From positions 1 to 64,000 of the forward strand of contig JAWBYA010000006.1 in assembly GCA_038867615.1 (NCBI GenBank): a stretch of DNA of 64,000 nucleotides. Reading direction: 5' to 3'. The notes under the pieces were generated by a model. It had not been told where the DNA came from. It made no database searches and was given only the letters and a program-made list of their open reading frames with translations. Shown piece by piece: positions 41,340 through 51,699 of the stretch. Position numbers and translations under genes: made by a program. This DNA is from Sulfolobales archaeon (lineage in GTDB: Archaea > Thermoproteota > Thermoprotei_A > Sulfolobales > AG1). The first letter of the stretch is position 1, and each line of letters begins with the position of its first letter.

Positions 41340-43484
41340 ATGGAGAGATCTAGGTTTTACCTGTTATTGCTCAGCATATTAATAACGCTCTCCATACTCT
41401 CAGGAGCCTACCAGGCATCGTCTCAGCTGTCTGGGGGTCTAGAGATCATTGATCCGAGCTACTCCGTCGCCCAGATCCTCAAGCCAGGCTCGTGGTTCTC
41501 TGCAGAGCTGAGGGGACCGCCGGGATCTATTGATGAGGCAAGCCTTTCAGCCTATCTAGCATGCTCTATAGAGGGGAGGATCTCTAATATAAGCTTAACA
41601 ATATCAGGATATATGAGGGATGGTAATAAGTATATCATTAACCTCTCAACCCCGCTGATAAGCATTCCACAGGGGTCTATGTATCCATGCAGCCTTGTCA
41701 TCAACAACAAAGGCTCGCAGCTCATCAGCGAGAGGAGTGTTTATCTATATAACAAGAGCCTCACAAGACTCGGGATAATGCACATATCCGATGTTCATAT
41801 GCTGCTACCAACACCCCTGGGGACAGCATTCCAGACCCTCACTTCCGCGGTTTTCCTAGCCAACGCTCTAAGCGATGTCGACATAGTTATCAACACAGGC
41901 GATACCTCAGACAGGCCGGGGGATACAGAGCTCTATAGATACTATAAAGCAGGTGTCAGGACGCTGCTCAAACCCCTCCTAGCTGCTCCAGGGAACCATG
42001 ATGGCTCGGGGATAAGCCCGGATCTATTCTCCTCGGTATACGAGCCCAGTGTTGGTAAGATAACATGGTATAGGAGGATAGAGGGCTATCTAATAATAGG
42101 TCTAGACACATCATCAACAGGCGTTATAGATAAGTCACAGCTAGCATTTCTCGAGAACGTCCTGAGAAGCAATATCGATGCCAAAACAAAGATCATCGTG
42201 TTCCACCACCCAGTATTCAGGGCAAGCGCTAGGGGGACTTATATAGACCAGCCCCTCGCAAGTGTACCGAGCAACCTCTTCTACGCATCATGGGCAAACG
42301 CTGAGGATATAGCGAGGGAGTTCCTCAGGATCGTTGATGTCTATAACGTCTCGGCAGTCCTTGCTGGGCATGTGCATCAAGACTCCATAGTAATCTATAA
42401 GAACAAAACCATATTCATAACCACAGGAACCCTGGGAGGACCTAGATCCGAGTATAACGCCTTCAGACTGATAGACGCCTATAGCAATGGGACGGTCATA
42501 CCAAGACTAGCCCCTCGCACCAACCTTGAGACCATGATGAATAGCTATAACGTGGAGAAGGCTGTGATAAGATACTGGCAGGGAGAGCTCTACTCAGGCG
42601 TCTTTATAAACATCTCAAGAGACATCGGACTCTCGATAAGCAACCTGGATATCTATGTAGAGGCTCCCAAGAAGGGTGACGTGGTTATAGAGAGAATCAC
42701 ATACGATGATGGAAAGAGGCAAAACATAGACCAGCTATCCAGGATAGAGATCCTGGGCGAGGATGGAGGCATAAGAACCCTATATATGGTTAGAATACCA
42801 GCCCAGGAGATCCATAGACCCCAGGGCATAGTGGTGAGGGATAAAAACATGGATATCTTCGCAAAACCCTCTATAATAGATATATCTATAAACCCACCCA
42901 GACCGAGACCCAATCTAGATCCGATCATAACCAGCATAAAAGTCTCCAGCGGCTCCACCTATGTATATAGGGTTGAGACCAAGCTTGTTATCACCATGAG
43001 GAGTGGGAGCTCTATAGAGATCTATGGAGAAGCCCTCCCAAGCTGGGATTACAGCTCATACCAGATCATATTCGATAAGGTAGACGCGGTTACAGCAAAC
43101 CTCGTAGTAAAAGCATATGATCTCTATGGAAACACGGACGAGAAGACAATAACCATAAGGTTCAGAGAACCAACCACAACGCCAGTAACAACACCTACAC
43201 CTATAACAACAACCACAACAGTAACAACAGCAAAGCCAGAGGTCACGCAATCACCAACAATAACAGTAACAACACAGTACGGAGGGATAACACAAACAAC
43301 AACATATCAAGAGCAAACAACCCCCACAACCACGAGAGCAACAGAAGCCCCGACAACCACTACAGCTAGACAGGAAGCCCAGGCTGGGTGGAGCTCGATA
43401 ACCACAGCGGTTATAGTGCTTGTAGCAGCAGTGGTTCTGATCGTGGCTCTTGTGATTAACATGAGGAGTAGGGCTAGGAGCTGA
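41340..43484 (+). CDS. cell-surface metallophosphoesterase
   Basis: HISDVH, NTGD, PGNHD, FHHP, AGHVH; signal peptide, Thr-rich linker, C-terminal TM. Confidence 0.85.
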   Translation: MERSRFYLLLLSILITLSILSGAYQASSQLSGGLEIIDPSYSVAQILKPGSWFSAELRGPPGSIDEASLSAYLACSIEGRISNISLTISGYMRDGNKYIINLSTPLISIPQGSMYPCSLVINNKGSQLISERSVYLYNKSLTRLGIMHISDVHMLLPTPLGTAFQTLTSAVFLANALSDVDIVINTGDTSDRPGDTELYRYYKAGVRTLLKPLLAAPGNHDGSGISPDLFSSVYEPSVGKITWYRRIEGYLIIGLDTSSTGVIDKSQLAFLENVLRSNIDAKTKIIVFHHPVFRASARGTYIDQPLASVPSNLFYASWANAEDIAREFLRIVDVYNVSAVLAGHVHQDSIVIYKNKTIFITTGTLGGPRSEYNAFRLIDAYSNGTVIPRLAPRTNLETMMNSYNVEKAVIRYWQGELYSGVFINISRDIGLSISNLDIYVEAPKKGDVVIERITYDDGKRQNIDQLSRIEILGEDGGIRTLYMVRIPAQEIHRPQGIVVRDKNMDIFAKPSIIDISINPPRPRPNLDPIITSIKVSSGSTYVYRVETKLVITMRSGSSIEIYGEALPSWDYSSYQIIFDKVDAVTANLVVKAYDLYGNTDEKTITIRFREPTTTPVTTPTPITTTTTVTTAKPEVTQSPTITVTTQYGGITQTTTYQEQTTPTTTRATEAPTTTTARQEAQAGWSSITTAVIVLVAAVVLIVALVINMRSRARS

Positions 43485-43660
43485 GGAGCAATACGCCGCT
43501 ATAATGAGGAAAACAGTTCATCTTTAAAAGAAGCGTTTTTAACCCTCAAAGCCTGTTGGGTTCTTTAAAGCCCTCTAAATAGCGTTGAAAACGCTGAGAA
43601 GAGCTGCAAAGACCTCTATAATATTAACGCTTCAAACCCACTATGCAGGGGTAGGGGCGT

Positions 43661-45451
43661 TTGCTTAGAAGAGAGCCCCTAGTACTCTCACAGCTTGTTT
43701 TCGCCTATATATTCTACATAGCCTTCCTGATAATCCCGATCTCATATGTGCTCTTCATGGCCTTTAAAGCCGATATAGGTAGCCTGCTCGTCAACCCCAA
43801 ATACATCTCGCTAGGAGTGCCTCAGGAGCCTATAGCCCAGTATGTTAGACCCGATGGTAAGGTGATCTTTATAGTGAGGGGTTTCAACTATGGGATAATA
43901 CCTAACTCGCTATTAATAGCAACCATAACAACGATCATAACCCTCTTAATCGGGTTAGCAGTAGCCCTCCTAATCTCTAGATATGACTTCCCCCTCAAAG
44001 GGCTCTTGAGGTTCATCCTCTACATACCAATGATCCCCGCACCCTTTATAAACGCCTTCGTAGCCTTCAAACTCTTCGACCCGGTTTACGGGCTCATACC
44101 ATGGCTCATGGTAGATGCCCTAGGCCTCCCATGGGGGATCGGGTTCCAAGAGATGGCTGGTGTTATCCTAGCCCAGGTCATGGCCCTATACCCCATAGCC
44201 TATATCAATATAAGCGCCTCCATGCTCTCCCAAGACCCCTCGGCTGAGGAGCAGGCTGAGAATCTTGGTAGCAGGGGTTTCAGGCTTTTCAGGACAGTGA
44301 CCCTCCCGCTATCAACCCCTGGTATTGTTGCCGCTGCATCCACGATCTTTATATTAAGTCTAGAAGATCTCGGAGGCCCTATAGCCTTCAAGTTCAGGAG
44401 CACGATATCCTACGAGATCTTCTCATCCTTCAGGAGCGAGGCGGCTGCAGGCTATATAAGCCCCCTCACAGCCTTCCTAGGATTTCTCCTCCTAGTCATA
44501 GCCCTCTCTGTATTTATAACGGTCAGGGAGATCTCGTCTAGAAAGCAATACGTATTCATATCCAGGGGAGGAGGCGGTTATAATAGGTTCAAAAAGCTCG
44601 GCTGGAAAGGGCTTTTAGCAGTATATCTACTAGCATTCCCCTTCGCGATCTTCACATCCCTCCCACAAGCAGGGGTAGTTATATTCGCACTAGCCGGTCC
44701 GGCATGGCTTAGAAGCCCTCTTCCCCAGGAGATCAGCTTGGGACATCTCATAGAGATGTTCCAAGACCCCGTAGCAATGAGGGCTCTCCACAACTCCCTG
44801 CTATACTCACTAACAGCCCTCGTATTCATGATAGTTCTCTCAGTATCGATAGCATATGCAGCCCAGAGGTTTAGAAACCCTTACACACTAGCCATAGACT
44901 CGATAGCGATGAGCTCTCTATCAATACCTGGTCTCGTGATAGCCCTGGGTTATCTATACTACTTCATGGATCTATCATCTATACTAGGGTTCAACTACCT
45001 CGACAGCGTTGAAGCTATAGCAGCATCGATAATCATAGCCTATAGTGTTAGAAAAGCCCCATTCATATTAAGGGCAGCCTATTCAGGGATCCAGCAGATC
45101 CCTGTGAGCCTTGAAGAGGCTGCGTCAAACCTAGGCTCGGGGAGGGCTAGGATTATAGCAGGTATCACGCTACCCCTAGCAAGGCTAAGCATAGCCGGGG
45201 GCTCCCTACTAAGCTGGGTCTATGCATTCAGCGAGACAAGCGTCTCGGTAACGCTTGGTGGATTAGCAGGTGTTGGGATGAACCACGCAGCACCAATCAC
45301 ATTCATCATGGGCGACTATATATTGGGAAGGGTGCAGGCGATAGCTGTTGTAGCATCGCTCGGGGTTATTCTAATGATGGTTGAGGTGATAGCGATAAGC
45401 ATTGCAAGCTACCTAACAAAACAGAGACTCGCGGTGATCAGCATAACATAG
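43661..45451 (+). CDS. iron-type ABC transporter permease (duplicated)
   Basis: Two EAA loops (EEQAENLG, EEAASNLG) each followed by TLPL. Confidence 0.85.
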   Translation: MLRREPLVLSQLVFAYIFYIAFLIIPISYVLFMAFKADIGSLLVNPKYISLGVPQEPIAQYVRPDGKVIFIVRGFNYGIIPNSLLIATITTIITLLIGLAVALLISRYDFPLKGLLRFILYIPMIPAPFINAFVAFKLFDPVYGLIPWLMVDALGLPWGIGFQEMAGVILAQVMALYPIAYINISASMLSQDPSAEEQAENLGSRGFRLFRTVTLPLSTPGIVAAASTIFILSLEDLGGPIAFKFRSTISYEIFSSFRSEAAAGYISPLTAFLGFLLLVIALSVFITVREISSRKQYVFISRGGGGYNRFKKLGWKGLLAVYLLAFPFAIFTSLPQAGVVIFALAGPAWLRSPLPQEISLGHLIEMFQDPVAMRALHNSLLYSLTALVFMIVLSVSIAYAAQRFRNPYTLAIDSIAMSSLSIPGLVIALGYLYYFMDLSSILGFNYLDSVEAIAASIIIAYSVRKAPFILRAAYSGIQQIPVSLEEAASNLGSGRARIIAGITLPLARLSIAGGSLLSWVYAFSETSVSVTLGGLAGVGMNHAAPITFIMGDYILGRVQAIAVVASLGVILMMVEVIAISIASYLTKQRLAVISIT

Positions 45452-45514
45452 ATTGATTCTAAGCTGTTACAGCATAGTCCATGAGGCTTAGGCTTGGTTA
45501 TTGGTTTTCAGCTT

Positions 45515-45537
45515 GATACTAACAGATCGTTAGTATC
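45515..45537. promoter_or_regulatory. perfect 9-bp palindrome upstream of the TATA of the Met-rich protein gene
   Basis: GATACTAAC-AGATC-GTTAGTATC, followed by TTTTAAG near 45553. Confidence 0.55.
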
Positions 45538-45589
45538 GATCGTGAGCTAGCCTTTTAAGACACGGAACGCCGTTGATCATGGTGAGGAT

Positions 45590-46411
45590 ATGAGATCTAT
45601 AGCTATTGTGGTGTTGCTAGCCGCTGTCTCTATAGCTATTCTAATCCCTAGCATGGCTGTTGCACAAGCAATGTGGGGCGGCTGGGGCTTTATGATGAAC
45701 ACAGCATATAGCGGCTACTCCAAGGCTGCGTCATCCTATGGCGGAATGATGGGAGGAATGGGCGGTATGATGGGTGTAGGAAGTTGGAGCGGCTATATGG
45801 GCAGGATGATCAATGCCAACGGTATGATGAACACCAACTACACAGAGATCACGATCACCGGGATCTTCCTGGTAAGCGAGGATATAGAGGATATGGAGCA
45901 CATGGCCATCCTAGACTCCAATGGAAAGAGATACGCACTAATCCTACCATCAGAGGAGTGGGTTCTCAGAGGTCCTAACGGATCTACAACTAAGATAGAT
46001 CTCGAGGATCTTAGGGAAAGGTTAAACGCAACCAAGGTCACAATCAAAGGGATCTATATAGGAAGTATGGAGGATATGATGAACAGAATGATGGGCATGA
46101 TGCATGGAATGATGGGAGGTATGGGAGGAATGATGGGAGGCTACGGAGCTCCAATGTGCCATTCAACACAAACCATGGGGACAGGATCTGCAGGGATGCC
46201 AATGATGCCAATGGGTATGGGGATGCACGGCATGGGAGGAATGATGGGAGGCGGAATGATGGGACAAGGAATGCAAGGAATGCGTGGCAATAGCGATGAA
46301 CACGACGAGGATCACGACCACATGGAGGCATGCATGAACCTAATGACACTACCCCACGTAGTAGTCACAGAGATAAAGTTCAACGAATACACAGCAACAC
46401 CATATAAATAA
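45590..46411 (+). CDS. secreted Met/Gly-rich protein (possible metal-binding)
   Basis: Signal peptide, GMMGG repeats, HDEDHDH patch. Confidence 0.7.
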   Translation: MRSIAIVVLLAAVSIAILIPSMAVAQAMWGGWGFMMNTAYSGYSKAASSYGGMMGGMGGMMGVGSWSGYMGRMINANGMMNTNYTEITITGIFLVSEDIEDMEHMAILDSNGKRYALILPSEEWVLRGPNGSTTKIDLEDLRERLNATKVTIKGIYIGSMEDMMNRMMGMMHGMMGGMGGMMGGYGAPMCHSTQTMGTGSAGMPMMPMGMGMHGMGGMMGGGMMGQGMQGMRGNSDEHDEDHDHMEACMNLMTLPHVVVTEIKFNEYTATPYK

Positions 46412-46863
46412 AAAATAATCGAAGTGTAAACATAAAAATAATTTTTTATAAGTATCAATAAAAATAGATGTTTTTACACTCTATAAATGGTGTGGGTATC
46501 TCAACCCACACTTAGCTCAAATCACTGTTTATTAGACGCAGAACTCCTCAAGATCATGCCCACAAACCTATAGGGATCTTTATTATTGTTGCTCAAGCTG
46601 TCTCTCATGTTTTACCATGAATATCTTGTCCGCTTCTTTCTCCTGGCAGCTGTGTTGCTATCGAGATAAGCTTATCATGTGTATATGTATCCTTATTCGA
46701 CTGTTGATAGGTGTAAAAGTCCTTAAAAGCTCTTCCCAAACTAGCAGGTTCTCCATAGATCTTGGCCATTTCGTGTTGGGGGGTTGCTTTATAGAGCATG
46801 ATACGATGTATAGATCTATGTTATGACTTTATCTGGATATATTAGTTCTCATCTATAAATTAT

Positions 46864-47433
46864 TTGGAGTTGTTTTTGTCCCTCACGCTGCCCGGGCCTC
46901 TGGATCTTCCATTGCTGGTTTTCGAGATCTTCTCTCTAGCACTGATCCTGAGGATCTGTGTGAGCCTTTACAGGGTTTCTAGGTATGCTTTCGACGATAG
47001 ATCTTTATTGCTCTTCACAGGCTTCCTACTCCTCTCACTATCCCTACTCCTCTCCGTTGTTTCTATTTTTATAGATGATCTCTTCATCTTCTCATCCCTC
47101 GTACTATTCTCGATCTACGCCTCCCTCGCCGGATACATATCGATCCTCTCAGCAAGATTCCTCGGAGAACCCGTGCTACTACTCATAGTCCCGTTAGCAC
47201 AATACTACCTCTACGGAGAACTAGCATCAATGATACTCTCAACAACGATAGCCCTGGGATCTAGGTCTAGGCTTGTATTAACAGGCTTTCTCTTGCTATC
47301 ATTATCACACCTCCTAAGACTCCTCTCCATGAGCATTGCACAGCCACTCCTCATCCTCCTACTACCGGCGGCAGAACTACTCAGAGTCGCCGGTTTCCTC
47401 GCACTATCCATCGGAATCGGTGGTGCTAAGTGA
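46864..47433 (+). CDS. hydrophobic multi-TM hypothetical protein
   Basis: Internally repeated GFLLLSLS helices; overlaps the wHTH start. Confidence 0.65.
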   Translation: MELFLSLTLPGPLDLPLLVFEIFSLALILRICVSLYRVSRYAFDDRSLLLFTGFLLLSLSLLLSVVSIFIDDLFIFSSLVLFSIYASLAGYISILSARFLGEPVLLLIVPLAQYYLYGELASMILSTTIALGSRSRLVLTGFLLLSLSHLLRLLSMSIAQPLLILLLPAAELLRVAGFLALSIGIGGAK

Positions 47434-47705
47434 AGAAAAGATCGAGGGCAAGGATTGTCTATGATATCCTCAACCACCTAGCATTCAGAGGCTCAACAAC
47501 AATCACAGGAGTAAGCTACATAGCCAGAATGCCCTATGACAGAGCCGAAGAGCTAGTGATGGATCTTGAAAAGAGGGGGCTGGTTAGGATTACAAAAACA
47601 GAGAGCGGCAGAATAGTATCTATAACAGATAAAGGGCTGAAAGCCCTAGAGGATCTCGAGAAAGCTATAAAGATCCTTGAGAAGCTAGGTCTAGACACCA
47701 CATAG
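47430..47705 (+). CDS. winged-helix transcription regulator
   Basis: KRSR..IVYDIL...T...Y.AR..Y......L...GL.....ITDKG. Confidence 0.8.
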   Translation: MKKRSRARIVYDILNHLAFRGSTTITGVSYIARMPYDRAEELVMDLEKRGLVRITKTESGRIVSITDKGLKALEDLEKAIKILEKLGLDTT

Positions 47706-47865
47706 ATAGATCAACGCTAACAGCATATCCACTCCCACGGGATCTCCCGTAGATCTATGTGAATGCATCCGAAGAATCATCAAACATCCGGGTTAGAAAT
47801 CCTTGAGAGTTGCGGTGATACCTTATAATAAAAATTATTATAGCAGTATTTTGGTAGGTGATGAT

Positions 47866-48219
47866 ATGGTTGCTAAATATTACCTAAGCATCTAAGAAAT
47901 ACCTAGGAGAAGCTCAAGTCTTCATTCTCAAGGGCGATTATATTCAGGCGAGTGGGAAGCTTTGGGGCGCTGCTGCCGAGATCTTTAAGGCTGTTGGTGC
48001 TTTGAGGAGAGTTGAAATGAAAACCCATGCGGACCTTTTCCGTTATGTTGCGAAGCTAAGAGAAGAACTCAACGATCCAGAGCTTATAACGCTATTCCAT
48101 GTAACTAATACCCTACACCAGAACTTCTACGAGGAAAACCAGCCCTCGAATTCGTCATAAGCGGGGCTGAAGCAATAAAACAGCTGGCAGCAAAGCTCGA
48201 GAGACTAAACCGGCAATAA
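47866..48219 (+). pseudogene. PaREP1 (HEPN-like) family pseudogene with two frameshifts
   Basis: Internal frame KGDYIQASGKLWGAAA...H..L...LHQNFYE; frameshifts near 47890 and 48140. Confidence 0.75.
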
Positions 48220-48399
48220 GTCTCCGCCATTATCCGGTAATTATTATAGCTATTCGACAACGTTTATTGGCTAGTATTGGCTAGAGATCTCCTAATGGCG
48301 ATTTATAGGTTCTCAGGGTATCTCCTAGTTGGTGCGAGCTTTTATGGCTGGGGGTGTTAGGGGTCGCTGGGGCTGAGGCTTATCGCTATAATCCTGGCT

Positions 48400-49518
48400 T
48401 TGGATACCCTTGCATCGGCAGCATACTACACAGCGTCGAGGGCTTATGTTAGGGATGTTTTGGGCGGGGTTGAGGCTTATAGGTATATTGTTATGCTAGT
48501 TGCTGCTGAAACTATACCTGTTATTGTGGTTGTGGCTTTGGGGATTCTAGGCGGGGTTTATGGGAAGCGCAGAGTAGCTGCAGCCATTAGCAGTTTAAGG
48601 GCGTTCTTCTATCCCTTGATAGTCCTTGTAGATCCTAAGCTTATCGTCATCCCCGTTTTCATCGGGAGCGTGTTTGTATATATGTTCTTCATCAACGCAT
48701 TAGGAGCCTTACTAGAGTCTGCTCGAGGCTCTGCCAGAACCTATGCCGATGTGACGCTTGTTTTCCCTATATCTTGGGGCATCGGCCCTCTAATCCCCGG
48801 AGTTCTTGAACCCGTAGGAGGCTATGTGATGGTGTTCACGGTCACGGGCTTTCTAGCAGGTCTCTCATCGATACTCTTAGCGATAGCCTCAAAGGCTGAG
48901 GATGATGGTGTTTCAGAGTATCCCAATATCATGGCGTCTTTCAAACTCTTGGGATCCCAGCTTATACTAGCGCTTCTAGCCGCAGGGGCTGGGTTGAATC
49001 TTTTCTGGAATATTATGAGCATTAAACTCTACGAGACTTCTGGGAGCCTTATCCTCTTCGGCTTGATAGGGGGGACATTAAGTACGTTACTCTCAATAGC
49101 TGCACGTCGACTAGCCGGGATGATAGCAGACAGGATCGAGCCTATAAAAATGCTTGCAATAGTCTACGCTATATATGCGGTCTACGGGCTAATCATGTAC
49201 AAGCTAGAGGGACTACCATTCATGATACTCTGGCTCACACCCCTCTACCCGTTCAGAGAGGTATCCCAAACCATGACTATAAGCAGAGCACTGCCGAGAG
49301 AAGCCCAAACAACTGCGGCAAGCATAGTAACTCTAACATACAGCCTACCATCAATAACATACCCTATACTATACTTCATAGGTATCGGCATCGCCGAAGC
49401 TACAGTCATATACACGGTAGCCTTGATATTATCATCAGTACTCATCGGCAGGCTAGCTATACGCACCGGCAGGAGATCTGAACAGCTACTGCATAAAACC
49501 CGAGATGTTGGGGCTTAA
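48400..49518 (+). CDS. MFS transporter (start probably further upstream)
   Basis: About 12 TM helices; G..GKRR and G.IADRI loops. Confidence 0.7.
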   Translation: MDTLASAAYYTASRAYVRDVLGGVEAYRYIVMLVAAETIPVIVVVALGILGGVYGKRRVAAAISSLRAFFYPLIVLVDPKLIVIPVFIGSVFVYMFFINALGALLESARGSARTYADVTLVFPISWGIGPLIPGVLEPVGGYVMVFTVTGFLAGLSSILLAIASKAEDDGVSEYPNIMASFKLLGSQLILALLAAGAGLNLFWNIMSIKLYETSGSLILFGLIGGTLSTLLSIAARRLAGMIADRIEPIKMLAIVYAIYAVYGLIMYKLEGLPFMILWLTPLYPFREVSQTMTISRALPREAQTTAASIVTLTYSLPSITYPILYFIGIGIAEATVIYTVALILSSVLIGRLAIRTGRRSEQLLHKTRDVGA

Positions 49519-49628
49519 CGACCATAAACAGTAATCCCGTGTTTCAACTATTGTGGGGGCTTGCCAGTTTCAAAGATCGCTAAAATGTATATCTTTTAAC
49601 CCTGCTAGCAGTTTTATATTAGACAGTT

Positions 49629-50930
49629 ATGGGAGTCTATAGTGATTTCGAGAGACTCTGGATCTGGGAGTCTCTTGGTGATAGGCTTGAGTGGTATCTA
49701 GGGGTCTCTGTAAATAGGTATCCCGCTAAATACCTCATAGCCAAGAGGATTGGGATCCCTGCAAGGGGTTTCGATGAGATCGGATCTATTGATAAGGGGT
49801 TTGAGATCTATAAGAGATACACAGAGGATTTCCTAAAACTCTGGAGGGATGTGAGGAATGGCGAGGATATATCCAGGCTCGAGGTTCCGAGATATAGTCT
49901 CCTAGACCTTGCCAGGGATCTTGTGAGGGCTATTGTTAGAAAATGCATCTTCTGCAGGTGGAAGTGCGGCGTCGATAGGGCTGAGGGTAAGAAGCTGGGA
50001 GCCTGTATGCTCACAACAGAGAGTAGGGTTGGTTCTTACTTCCACCACTTCGGTGAGGAGCTTGTTTTCAGAGGAACCCACGGCTCTGGTACTATATTCT
50101 TCACCTCCTGCAACATGAGATGCCTCTTCTGCCAGAACGGGGATATATCGAGGGATAGGTTTAACGGGATCCCCTACACACCGAGGGAGCTTGCCCAGAT
50201 AGCATTCCTCCTAAGGATAGAGGGGTGTCATAATATAAACTGGGTTGGGGGCGAGCCCACGATCCACCTCCACTCGATCGTTGAGGCTATATGGTACCTG
50301 GCTAAAGAGGGGTTCGGGCTGATGCCCAGAGGATCTGAGCTGGACAAGATCCTCTTGACAAAGGCTGATGCATATATACCATACCCCATGGATAAGAGGT
50401 TCGCGTTATATAAGGGGGAGTTCAACGCACCAATGCTCTTCAACACAAACATGTTCCTATCAGAGGAATCGATGATCCTCCTAAGACCCCTAATAGACAT
50501 ATGGCTCCCAGACTTCAAATTCGGCCCAGGGAGATGCTCAATAAGACTATCAAGAACACCATGGTACTTCGAAACAGCAGCGAAGAACCATAAAATGCTC
50601 TACGAATGGGGAGAGAACATGGTTATAAGACACCTAGTAATGCCAAACCACATAGAGTGCTGCACAAAACCAGTGCTAGAATGGATAGCCAAAAACATAC
50701 CAGGAACACCCGTAAACATAATGGATCAATACAGACCGGAATCATACGCAGACCCACACTCACCCCACTTCGATCCAGACGCCCACGACATAGCTAGAAG
50801 ACCGACCAGAGAAGAGATAATAAAGGCATGGACATACGCAGGAGAACTAGGACTCAACTACCGAGAGATCACATTCGAGAAAAAACTATCAAAAAGAGCA
50901 ATAGAAGGCCTCAAAGCCCTGATCCAGTAA
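49629..50930 (+). CDS. PflX-like radical SAM protein
   Basis: GSGTIFF..CNMRCLFCQN, NINWVGGEP, PDFKFG, RHLVMPNH, MDQYRP. Confidence 0.85.
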   Translation: MGVYSDFERLWIWESLGDRLEWYLGVSVNRYPAKYLIAKRIGIPARGFDEIGSIDKGFEIYKRYTEDFLKLWRDVRNGEDISRLEVPRYSLLDLARDLVRAIVRKCIFCRWKCGVDRAEGKKLGACMLTTESRVGSYFHHFGEELVFRGTHGSGTIFFTSCNMRCLFCQNGDISRDRFNGIPYTPRELAQIAFLLRIEGCHNINWVGGEPTIHLHSIVEAIWYLAKEGFGLMPRGSELDKILLTKADAYIPYPMDKRFALYKGEFNAPMLFNTNMFLSEESMILLRPLIDIWLPDFKFGPGRCSIRLSRTPWYFETAAKNHKMLYEWGENMVIRHLVMPNHIECCTKPVLEWIAKNIPGTPVNIMDQYRPESYADPHSPHFDPDAHDIARRPTREEIIKAWTYAGELGLNYREITFEKKLSKRAIEGLKALIQ

Positions 50931-50964
50931 ACCTATACGCATAAGTGAAACCTGTAACAACCTA

Positions 50965-51576
50965 CTAAGCCTTCTCCCCAGCCGGTGCTTTCGCCGGAGC
51001 TACCCTCTCGAGTAGGAGTTTTATTATATCGTTTCTAATACTATCCATGCTTGTCTTAACATACCTCATATCAGCCTCTATAGCATCCATTCTCCTCTCT
51101 AAACCATCCATCCTGATCTTCATAGCCTCTGTGAGGGCATTCATAGCCCTCTCAACACTCTCTATCCGTGTGTTTAAGTTCCTATCCAAGCTCTCTATCC
51201 GTGCATTAAGATCTTTTTCAACACTTTCTATTCTCGCATTCAAGCTTTTCTCTAGGCTCTCTATTCTTGAGCTAAGGTTTCTCTCGATACTCTCTATCCT
51301 CATATTTAAACTCTTATCCATGCTATCCATTCTTCTCTCCATATCATCCATTCTCTTCTCCACAGCATCTATTCTTTTCTCTATTATAGCGCTCATCTTT
51401 GTTTCAAGAGCCTCCATCCTAGCCTCAAGGGATCTCCTCATAGCATCCATAAATAAGAACCCTACCTCCCAGTCGCTCAGCTTCTCACCCTTCATAGCCT
51501 TATCAACGATCCTCTTACCATACTCGGCAAGAATGCTGGCAACTATATCAGCGCCTATAGATGTAACATGTCCCAT
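50965..51576 (-). CDS. paREP15-like coiled-coil protein
   Basis: Paralogue of 35705-36493; five LNxRIESxExx hendecads. Confidence 0.75.
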   Translation of the reverse strand: MGHVTSIGADIVASILAEYGKRIVDKAMKGEKLSDWEVGFLFMDAMRRSLEARMEALETKMSAIIEKRIDAVEKRMDDMERRMDSMDKSLNMRIESIERNLSSRIESLEKSLNARIESVEKDLNARIESLDRNLNTRIESVERAMNALTEAMKIRMDGLERRMDAIEADMRYVKTSMDSIRNDIIKLLLERVAPAKAPAGEKA

Positions 51577-51699
51577 GAAACATCTGTATACTAATAAGCT
51601 AGAAAGTAAATAAAGCCTCCCAATAATATGAGATCCTTTCAAGAACTCCATACAACAAATTCCATATACACCGTATTTTGGAATGAACTAGGGAATGTT

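Noticed and set aside
46500-46521. GTGTGGG/CCCACAC hairpin resembling the one in the 15.4 kb element
   Set aside because: No flanking homology to either element family; may be chance or a terminator.
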